A DNA stretch of 62,581 bases from Oryzomonas sp. (GTDB lineage: Bacteria > Desulfobacterota > Desulfuromonadia > Geobacterales > Pseudopelobacteraceae): assembly GCA_050013355.1 (NCBI GenBank), contig JBEKFJ010000007.1, forward strand, positions 1-62,581. The letters run 5' to 3'. Below the pieces are notes generated by a model. That model was given only the letters and a program-made list of their open reading frames with translations, was not told the origin of the DNA and searched no databases. Below, piece after piece: positions 55,223 to 62,581 of the stretch. The position numbers and the translations under genes were made by a program. Position 1 is the first letter of the stretch. Each line of letters starts with the position of its first letter.

Positions 55223-56278
55223 ATGTTTCTTTTTAACAAACAAAAAGAGGTCATCGGGGTAGACATTGGCTCCAGTTCCGTGAAGCTGGTGCAGATCAAG
55301 TGTCTAAAGGATGCTTTTCAGCTTCTCAATGTGGGTATTGTGCCGCTTCCGCCGGAAGCCATCGTGGATAACACGCTTATCGATAGCTCGTCTATCGTGA
55401 TCGCATTAAAGAACCTGGTGACAAGCCTGGGAATCAAGGTCAAGGATGTTGCCTGCTCTATCTCAGGGAACTCTGTCATCATTCGCAAGATTACTCTTCC
55501 CGCAATGCCGGCTGAGGAATTGGAAGACCAGATTATCTGGGAGGCAGAGCAATACATTCCGTTTGATATAAACGATGTCAATATGGATTTTCAGATACTT
55601 TCGCCCGACAGCATCGATCCTGCCAAGATGAATGTGCTGCTGGTCGCCAGTAAAAAAGACATCATCAATGATTATATGGCCGTTTTTAACGAAGCCGCCA
55701 TGCAGTTGTCCGTAGTCGATGTGGATTCGTTTGCGGTACAGAATGCCTTTGAAATAAATCATGACATCGGCCCGGATGAGGTTGTGGCGCTCATAAACAT
55801 CGGCTCCGCTATCATGAATATCAACATCGTCAAAGGCGGCATCACGCTTTTGACCCGGGATGTCCAAATGGGTGGGAATCTCTATACGGAAGAGATTCAA
55901 AAACAAATGGGCCTGGACAGCGCTGAGGCGGAGTCGGCAAAGATTTTGGCCCGTGAAATACACAACAGCACCTTGTTGGATGTGCTGGGCAAGGTAAATG
56001 ACACCATAACCCAGGAGATCCGCCGTTCACTCGATTTTTATAACTCCACGGCAAATGAAGACCGCATTACCAGGATCTTTGTGAGTGGAGGGGGCTCCAA
56101 GGTTTACAATTTGAATGAGACGGTAGGCGAGAAGCTCAGCCTGCCGGTCGAGACGATCAACCCGTTTGCCAAGCTCAGGTATAATGAAAAGGATTTTGAC
56201 CCTGAATACCTTCAGGAAATCGGTCCGCTCATGGCTGTAAGCGTTGGGCTTGCCATAAGGAGGATCGGGGACAAATGA
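55223..56278 (+). CDS. pilM: type IV pilus assembly protein PilM
   Basis: GVDIGSSSVK actin-like motif, EAEQYIPF, SGGG, VGLAIR. Confidence 0.96.
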   Translation: MFLFNKQKEVIGVDIGSSSVKLVQIKCLKDAFQLLNVGIVPLPPEAIVDNTLIDSSSIVIALKNLVTSLGIKVKDVACSISGNSVIIRKITLPAMPAEELEDQIIWEAEQYIPFDINDVNMDFQILSPDSIDPAKMNVLLVASKKDIINDYMAVFNEAAMQLSVVDVDSFAVQNAFEINHDIGPDEVVALINIGSAIMNINIVKGGITLLTRDVQMGGNLYTEEIQKQMGLDSAEAESAKILAREIHNSTLLDVLGKVNDTITQEIRRSLDFYNSTANEDRITRIFVSGGGSKVYNLNETVGEKLSLPVETINPFAKLRYNEKDFDPEYLQEIGPLMAVSVGLAIRRIGDK

Positions 56279-56850
56279 TCAGGATCAACTTATTGCCGGT
56301 TCGGGCTGCGAAGAAAAAGGAATCTGCCGTTCAGCAGATCACGATATTCTGCGTCAGCCTGCTTTTGATGGCCGCTGTTGTGATGTGCCTCTATCTGGTA
56401 AAGCGGGTTCAGGTCTCCTCTGCACAGAATGATATTGCATCGGCCAATGCACGAATCATGGAGTTGAAGAAAAAGATCGGCAAGCTGGAAGAACTCAAGA
56501 CCTTGAAAGACCAAGTCAAGAAGAAGCTGGATGTACTGGTGCAATTGCGCAAAAATAAGACCGGCCCGGCCGAGCGGTTGTCCACATTAAGCGACATTAC
56601 CCCTGAACAGCTCTGGCTCACCGCTTATACGGAAAACGGCAGTGATATCAAGTTGTCGGGTGTCGCTTACACGGAAGAGCTGATCGCAACTTTTATGCGC
56701 AGTCTTGAGGCGTCAGCAAACTACACGGGTGTTGAACTGGTTGTGTCCGAGCAGTTGGATGCGGGCGGAACCAAGCTGAAAAAGTTCGAACTGACATGCA
56801 AGTTAAAGGCTCCTGTCGTACCGCAGCCCGAGGCTGCTCCCAAAAAATAG
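56275..56850 (+). CDS. pilN: type IV pilus assembly protein PilN
   Basis: MIRINLLP motif, TM segment, coiled coil. Confidence 0.95.
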   Translation: MIRINLLPVRAAKKKESAVQQITIFCVSLLLMAAVVMCLYLVKRVQVSSAQNDIASANARIMELKKKIGKLEELKTLKDQVKKKLDVLVQLRKNKTGPAERLSTLSDITPEQLWLTAYTENGSDIKLSGVAYTEELIATFMRSLEASANYTGVELVVSEQLDAGGTKLKKFELTCKLKAPVVPQPEAAPKK

Positions 56851-56878
56851 CATTTACTCGAACCAGGACGGACTGACT

Positions 56879-57487
56879 ATGGATCCGCAAGTCGAAAAAA
56901 TTCTGAAGTTGCCGACAAAACAAAAGATCCTCATCCTCGCGATCGCGCTTGGCATAGAGGCTGCAGCGCTGTTCTATAGTTTCTACCTGCCCGAGTATAA
57001 CAAACTCAACGGGTTGAATGCGGAGTTGACAAATCTTCAGAACGAGATCGATGAAAAAACCAGGATTGCCAAAAATCTTCCCCGCCTCCAACGGGAATAC
57101 GATCAGCTTAACATGGAACTCGCCCAGGCACTGACCGAACTTCCCAATTCCAAGGAGATTCCCACATTGCTGACAAATATCACCGCGTTGGGGAAGAATG
57201 CGGGTCTTGATTTTCTTGTTTTCAGGCCCAAGGCCGAAACCGCCAAGGACTTCTACGCAGAGGTGCCGGTCGATATCACGGTATTCGGGTCCTATTACAG
57301 CGTTGCCAACTTTTTTGCCGCCGTTGCGAACCTCCCCCGTATCGTTAATATAGCCAACGTGTCTTTTGCCGATATCAAGAATGTCAACAACAGGATGATG
57401 ACAAAGGTTACCTGTCTCGCCACCACATTCCGCTTCCTTGATAAGAAAGAGATTAAGGATGAAAAGAAGAAACCTGTTTCAAAATAG
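56879..57487 (+). CDS. pilO: type IV pilus assembly protein PilO
   Basis: LPNSKEIPTLL, FYAEVPV, LPRIVNI. Confidence 0.95.
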   Translation: MDPQVEKILKLPTKQKILILAIALGIEAAALFYSFYLPEYNKLNGLNAELTNLQNEIDEKTRIAKNLPRLQREYDQLNMELAQALTELPNSKEIPTLLTNITALGKNAGLDFLVFRPKAETAKDFYAEVPVDITVFGSYYSVANFFAAVANLPRIVNIANVSFADIKNVNNRMMTKVTCLATTFRFLDKKEIKDEKKKPVSK

Positions 57488-58028
57488 GTGGTTACTGTCG
57501 CTTGTTGCTGTCGGCATCGTTGTGGCGTCACTGGCGAGCTGCAAAAAGGACGAGCAGCCCGCAGCCCCGGCTCATCCTGCCCCGGCGAAGGCTGCGGCAC
57601 CGCAACAGCAAAAACCGGTGCAGAAGCCGGTCAGCTCTGCGCTTACACTGTCGCCGGCGCCGGTTAATCAATTCGACTTCAGTAATAAAAAGGACCCTTT
57701 CAGGCCCTTTGTTATTGTCAAGGCACCCCAGGCGCCATCGGCGAACAATTTGCCGAGGATGGCCAGGAATGCGCTCCCTATCCATAGTTTTGACGTCAAC
57801 CAGTTCAAATTGATCGGCATTGTAACGGATGACAGGCAAAATAAGGCATTGGTCGTTGACCCCAATGGTAAGGGGTATGTCATCACGGTCGGTATGACGA
57901 TCGGCAAAAACGAAGGCCTGATAACCTCGATTACAAATAGCGGCGTGGATGTGGTGGAACAATTCAGGGATGACAATGGACGGGTGCGCAAAGAAACAAT
58001 TAAAATCACCCTTCCCAGGAAACAATAA
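57459..58028 (+). CDS. pilP: type IV pilus lipoprotein PilP
   Basis: Lipobox LASC; KDPFRP; KLIGIV...ALV.DP.G; GMTIGKNEG. Confidence 0.93.
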   Translation: MKRRNLFQNRWLLSLVAVGIVVASLASCKKDEQPAAPAHPAPAKAAAPQQQKPVQKPVSSALTLSPAPVNQFDFSNKKDPFRPFVIVKAPQAPSANNLPRMARNALPIHSFDVNQFKLIGIVTDDRQNKALVVDPNGKGYVITVGMTIGKNEGLITSITNSGVDVVEQFRDDNGRVRKETIKITLPRKQ

Positions 58029-58038
58029 GGAGTTCCGC

Positions 58039-60963
58039 ATGAAGTGGTTTACGAGACAATCTATTGTTCTAGCCTTTGTCCTGACTGTAGCGGCGATATT
58101 TTTCACGGTTGGTATGGCAGGCCGTGCGGAATCTGCTCCGGCGCCTGAAAAAGACAAGCTTGCCGCCATTGAATCGATAAGCGCATCCGGTGAAGGCGAC
58201 GCTGCGGAGCTTGTTGTCAGTCTTTCATCTCCTGCCGTCTACACCAGCTACAAAACCACCACGCCCCTGCGCCTGGTCATCGATCTGTCACAAACGACAC
58301 AGGGCGCCATTACGACGCCAATCGCAATCAATAAAGGCAATATCAAAAACGTCAGCGTCAAACGTTTTGATACCGATGCCGGCACGTTGACCCGTATCAA
58401 TGTGGAACTGGTAAATGATATCGATGCAATCATCTCCACTTCCCCCGACCACCCCGCTGAGCTGCATATAGTTTTCCCGGCGCAGCATGCTGCACCGGTG
58501 GCAAGCGCGGAAACGGAAACAGCCGCCAAGCCTGCTGAAGTTCCGGTAAATGGCCCTGTTTCGGTTCCTGCCCCCAATCCGGTTGCAGCAACGGCGCCTG
58601 TTAAAGCAGAACCGGAGCCTCGTGTGGTGTCGGAGGTCAGCGTCAAGCATACCTTGAGCGCGGTCACCACAAAAGACGGCGCCATAATTCTCGCCATAGA
58701 GGGTGGCGTCAATGATTTCAAGACCTTCAGGCTAAATAAGCCCGAGCGCTATGTGATCGACCTGCTTGGTGTCGTGAGCGTCCTTCCCAGCCGTCTTATT
58801 CCTCTGAATACGGCCGGCGTTACATCGGCCCGCATAGGCCTCTATCCCGATAAAACGCGCATTGTGCTTGATGGAATCAATGGTCATTTCCCGGAGGCCA
58901 CGGCATCAAAAACGCCGGAAGGGGTACGGATTGTTCTTGAAGGCACGCCTGGTGGAGAGCCAGCTGCAAAGCCCGCCGAAACCAGCGCAGAAAAAACGGT
59001 TGCCGAGGCGACCCCTCAACAATCACCAGGCAACACAGAGATAAAGCCGCCGGAACAAAAGGCGGCCGAGCCCGTGCAAAAGGCTACCGAGCCCGTGCAA
59101 AAGGCTACCGAGCCCGTGCAAAAGGCTACCGAGCCCGTGCAAATGGCGGCCGAGCCCGTGCAAAAGGCTGCTGAGCCTGTGCAAAAGGCGGCCGAGCCTG
59201 TGCCCCAATCGCTGGCGTCCGTCTCCCCGGCAGCGCCCAAAGTGGAGACGCGCGCGGCAACAGGTCCCGCCACTGTTGAAATGATTGACTTTCAGGTGAT
59301 TGATACTATCTCTCGCATTGCTGTCAAGGTGAGCGGGGATGCTGTTGTAGAACAACCGGTCAAAACAGCGGGTTTTGTGACCCTGACGATAAGGAACGCC
59401 AATCTGCCGAAGCGGCTTCAGCGTTCTCTGGAAGCCGAAGCCTTCGTTACTCCGGTTCTACGCGTTACGCCCTTTATGGTGAAAACCCGCAAAGGGACCG
59501 ACACCAAGGTGCGCATTGCGATGCGCGCTACCGCGCCGTATGAATTCCGCCATGAGGGCGACATGTACTTCGTGGATTTTAAAGCCCCTGAAGGGTTTAC
59601 TGCCGAAAAACCGGCGAGAGAATATCCGGAACCTCGTCTTCGCCCCGTGCAGGTCCCCAAATCCGTCGTTGCAAAAGAGGTGGATATCACCTCCGAGTTG
59701 GCGCCGGCACCGGAATCGACAGCCAAGCCGTATGACACGTCGAAGATGTATAAAGGCCGCAAGGTCACCCTCGAATTTGCGGACGCCGATGTACGCAAGA
59801 TATTCCAACTCCTTTCCGAGGTAAGCAATAAAAACTTCGTGCTTGGAGACGATGTCACCGGAACCATCAGCATCAAACTCGTCAATGTGCCGTGGGATCA
59901 GGCGCTGGATATCATCCTCGACACCAAGGGGCTTGACAAGCGGGAACAAGGCAACATCATCATCATCAAGGGCAAAGGCAAATTCAAATCACAGGCCGAA
60001 GAAGAGCAGGAAATCAGAAAGGCCCTGACCAGATCCATAGAGCTCAAAACTGAAACGTTCAATATCAATTATGCCGATATTGTGACCATCTCCAGACAAT
60101 TCAACGGGCTGAAAACCGATCGCGGCGTGATTGATCAGGATCCGCGTACCAACAAGGTGATCGTCAAGGACATCCCCCAGGCTCTGGATGACATGCGCAA
60201 GCTGCTGCAGCAACTCGACGTGCCTGAGAAACAGGTGATGATCGAGGCCCGGATTGTCGAGGCGACCTCGACCTTCACCCAGTCCATCGGCATAAACTGG
60301 GGCGTCCATTACCGCGACGGATCGGCATCCTTATTGGGGATCAATTCGGCTGATACCAATTTTGGCGGTACTGTTTCAACAACCCCTACCACTTCCGGTG
60401 TAGGCACCGCTTCCGGGATGGCAACGGGTATTTCCTTTGGCTCGCTTACCAGCAATATCCAGCTTGACATGCGCCTGAATGCTGCAGCGAATGCCGGACT
60501 GATAAAAATCATCTCCACTCCGAAGGTCGCAACCCTCAATAATAAAACTGCTAAAATATCGCAGGGACAACAGATACCGTATCAAAATTCATCGGCCAAT
60601 ACCGGACCGGTGACGCAGTTCATTGAAGCGGCTCTGGCACTGGAAGTAACTCCTCACGTCAATGCCAACGGTACGATAAGCTTGAAAATCGATGCCAAAA
60701 ACGATTCTCCCGGCGCAGTTCCTACTGGAGCCACGGCGCCGGCCATCAACAAGAAAGAAGCCGTGACCGAGATGTTGCTGCGGGATGGTGAGACCACGGT
60801 TATCGGCGGAATCTATGTTGATAATGATACGGACGAAGATGACGGCGTCCCCTTCCTGATGGATATCCCCTTTATCGGCAAGTTCTTTAAAGATAATACG
60901 AAGACCAAGACCAAAACGGAGTTGTTGATCTTTATCACGCCGCGGATTCTTAACACAATTTAA
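58039..60963 (+). CDS. pilQ: type IV pilus secretin PilQ with AMIN domains
   Basis: ATG after AAGGAG; AMIN-like PLRLVIDL and PERYVIDL; VPWDQALD; QVMIEARIVEA; ELLIFITPRI. Confidence 0.96.
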   Translation: MKWFTRQSIVLAFVLTVAAIFFTVGMAGRAESAPAPEKDKLAAIESISASGEGDAAELVVSLSSPAVYTSYKTTTPLRLVIDLSQTTQGAITTPIAINKGNIKNVSVKRFDTDAGTLTRINVELVNDIDAIISTSPDHPAELHIVFPAQHAAPVASAETETAAKPAEVPVNGPVSVPAPNPVAATAPVKAEPEPRVVSEVSVKHTLSAVTTKDGAIILAIEGGVNDFKTFRLNKPERYVIDLLGVVSVLPSRLIPLNTAGVTSARIGLYPDKTRIVLDGINGHFPEATASKTPEGVRIVLEGTPGGEPAAKPAETSAEKTVAEATPQQSPGNTEIKPPEQKAAEPVQKATEPVQKATEPVQKATEPVQMAAEPVQKAAEPVQKAAEPVPQSLASVSPAAPKVETRAATGPATVEMIDFQVIDTISRIAVKVSGDAVVEQPVKTAGFVTLTIRNANLPKRLQRSLEAEAFVTPVLRVTPFMVKTRKGTDTKVRIAMRATAPYEFRHEGDMYFVDFKAPEGFTAEKPAREYPEPRLRPVQVPKSVVAKEVDITSELAPAPESTAKPYDTSKMYKGRKVTLEFADADVRKIFQLLSEVSNKNFVLGDDVTGTISIKLVNVPWDQALDIILDTKGLDKREQGNIIIIKGKGKFKSQAEEEQEIRKALTRSIELKTETFNINYADIVTISRQFNGLKTDRGVIDQDPRTNKVIVKDIPQALDDMRKLLQQLDVPEKQVMIEARIVEATSTFTQSIGINWGVHYRDGSASLLGINSADTNFGGTVSTTPTTSGVGTASGMATGISFGSLTSNIQLDMRLNAAANAGLIKIISTPKVATLNNKTAKISQGQQIPYQNSSANTGPVTQFIEAALALEVTPHVNANGTISLKIDAKNDSPGAVPTGATAPAINKKEAVTEMLLRDGETTVIGGIYVDNDTDEDDGVPFLMDIPFIGKFFKDNTKTKTKTELLIFITPRILNTI
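59056..59202 (+). repeat. 7 x 21-bp tandem repeat inside pilQ
   Basis: Consensus CAAAAGGCTACCGAGCCCGTG encoding Q(K/M)A(A/T)EPV; units 2-4 identical. Confidence 0.95.
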
Positions 60964-61034
60964 TAATAATTGCAGCTTGGAAGAATGTTGATAATAACTG
61001 TTGTAAATTAATAAATTTATTCACTATCAGTATG

Positions 61035-61064
61035 TTGACAGATTAAGTTACTAAAGATTATAAA
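61035..61064 (+). promoter_or_regulatory. sigma70-like promoter after pilQ
   Basis: TTGACA-N18-TATAAA in an AT-rich intergenic region. Confidence 0.55.
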
Positions 61065-61095
61065 AAAATAGTCGATATGGACATTGGGAGGCCAA

Positions 61096-61521
61096 ATGAA
61101 CATGTTTCGTTATTTTGGGGCAGTATTACTATTATTTGTCATTTTGGTGTTGCCATCCTGTGGCAACAATAATACTGATACAAGCGGGACTCTTACTGTT
61201 GGCACGCCGACAGTAGGCACCTCTACATGTGGGCAGCAAACGGTCAGCGCCACAATAACCTATACCCCTCCCTCATTGGTAACAGGAGCAGTACCAAACG
61301 GGGTACAGGTAGCTGTAAATTGGTATGAAAACAATGTCCTAATGCACACCCATACGGAAACACTTGGTGATAGTCCCAGTTTTAATATAGGATATCTGGT
61401 ATCGCAACAACCCAACGCAGGGCCTACATTTGTTGAAATCATTGCATCGATAGGAGGCATGAATTCATCTGCACTAACAACTATCCCTGCTTTTACCAAT
61501 TTCAGCGGTTGCTCTCTCTGA
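61096..61521 (+). CDS. hypothetical lipoprotein (beta-rich)
   Basis: GGGAGG RBS; signal peptide with lipobox LPSC; Thr/Gly-rich. Confidence 0.75.
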   Translation: MNMFRYFGAVLLLFVILVLPSCGNNNTDTSGTLTVGTPTVGTSTCGQQTVSATITYTPPSLVTGAVPNGVQVAVNWYENNVLMHTHTETLGDSPSFNIGYLVSQQPNAGPTFVEIIASIGGMNSSALTTIPAFTNFSGCSL

Positions 61522-61592
61522 GTATATTTGTTTAGTTACTTTCGCATGTGTACAATTTTGTGTTATAACACTCGCCGTTTATGAGGTTGAAA

Positions 61593-62581
61593 ATGAAAAT
61601 TATTCTTTTGATACTCTCTATCCTTAGTGCTTCATTCTTACTGCAAGCCTGCAGTGGCGGCCCAGCACCTGACTATAATGCCCCGGCCTCCGCCGCTTCA
61701 TCATCGACCGGTTCCGTGGCAATTGCCAATGCGGCTTTGCAGTTCAGTCAGTCAACCAATGTAGTGGCCACATTTAAGAATTCAGACGGCACTCCGGCAT
61801 CCGGGATATCGGTAAATTTTTCAACTACTCTCGGCACCTTGAATCCCTCGAATGGCATTGCCACTACCGATGCAAGCGGCCAGGCAACTATCCAACTCGT
61901 TGCAGGGTCCGTCTCAGGCCAGGGGTCTGTGACCGCAACGGCTTCAATCAGCAATAAAGCAATCAGCAAGTCGGGCACGTTTACCGTACAATTGCCGACA
62001 TTGACACTCTCGGCAATTACGGTTCCGAGTTCGGCAATATCATACGGTGCATCAACGTCGGTTCAAGTTTCTGTACTCGATGCTAATGGAGCCATTTACA
62101 CTGCCCAGGACGTCTTTGTGACGTTTACTTCGACGCAGGCTGCTGCAAATGCCGCTACAATCAATTCTCCCATAAAAACGGTTAATGGTGTCGCGACAAC
62201 AACCTACACAGCCTTGACAAATTCAGGACCCGATACCGTAACGGCTTCGATTGCCGGGTCGTCCCAAACAGCGACGATCAACGTCAATCCGCTCTCCACC
62301 AGCGCCATTCAGTTTATATCGGCCACACCCACGCAGATAGGGTTGCAGGGGGTCAATAACGGCTTGCCGGAACTCTCCAAGGTCATCTTCAAGGTGCTTG
62401 ACAGCGCTGGCCAGCCCAAACCCAACGTCAGTGTCGATTTCAGCCTCAATACCTCGGTCGGCGGGATCACGCTGTCCGGCATCACCATCACCCCCAATAC
62501 GTCCGCCACGAAGGGCACCGGCTCCACGGATTCGACCGGCCAGGTTGCCGTGTTCGTCAATTCCGGGACCATAGCCACACC
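61593..62581 (+). CDS. Ig-like (Big-1/invasin-type) repeat lipoprotein, 3'-truncated (not in ORF track)
   Basis: Read by hand: MKIILLILSILSASFLLQAC lipobox; G.SVNFST...TTDASGQAT and KVLDSAGQPKPNVSVDFS...TDSTGQ repeats; frame open to the window end. Confidence 0.85.
   Translation, partial: MKIILLILSILSASFLLQACSGGPAPDYNAPASAASSSTGSVAIANAALQFSQSTNVVATFKNSDGTPASGISVNFSTTLGTLNPSNGIATTDASGQATIQLVAGSVSGQGSVTATASISNKAISKSGTFTVQLPTLTLSAITVPSSAISYGASTSVQVSVLDANGAIYTAQDVFVTFTSTQAAANAATINSPIKTVNGVATTTYTALTNSGPDTVTASIAGSSQTATINVNPLSTSAIQFISATPTQIGLQGVNNGLPELSKVIFKVLDSAGQPKPNVSVDFSLNTSVGGITLSGITITPNTSATKGTGSTDSTGQVAVFVNSGTIAT

Noticed and set aside
59056-59202. Possible CRISPR array
   Set aside because: Head-to-tail 21-bp units without spacers, in frame within pilQ; no cas genes

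Overview
GC-rich deltaproteobacterial (Geobacteraceae/Desulfuromonadia-like, inferred from gene content and order) chromosomal window. Positions 1-28.3 kb hold the core transcription/translation supercluster: 5'-truncated rpoB, rpoC, the str, S10, spc and alpha operons, secY, adk and map. The tuf copy is broken by an apparent ~128-nt frameshifting deletion, and RpoB carries a ~129-aa insertion. Positions 28.3-48.8 kb are mixed housekeeping and signalling genes: YaaR, phasin-like + ABC1/UbiB kinase, an NtrY/NtrX-like pair, a PAS-GAF kinase, CtpA protease, trpD/trpC, a RomR-like regulator, argJ and secA. Positions 49.2-62.6 kb hold an IclR-DUF485-ActP-DUF294 acetate-uptake locus, a 12-heme cytochrome c, XRE-pilMNOPQ and two AT-richer lipoprotein genes, one with Ig-like domains running off the end. 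No rRNA, tRNA, CRISPR array, transposase or prophage gene was recognised. The most unusual signals are non-coding. (i) Three families of short structured intergenic repeats, two copies each; these include a 63-bp module flanked by CACAA direct repeats that sits at the same motif in two different host elements and shows compensatory hairpin changes. (ii) A ~120-nt rod-like RNA candidate between rpoC and rpsL. All family calls are from motif recognition by eye, not from database searches.
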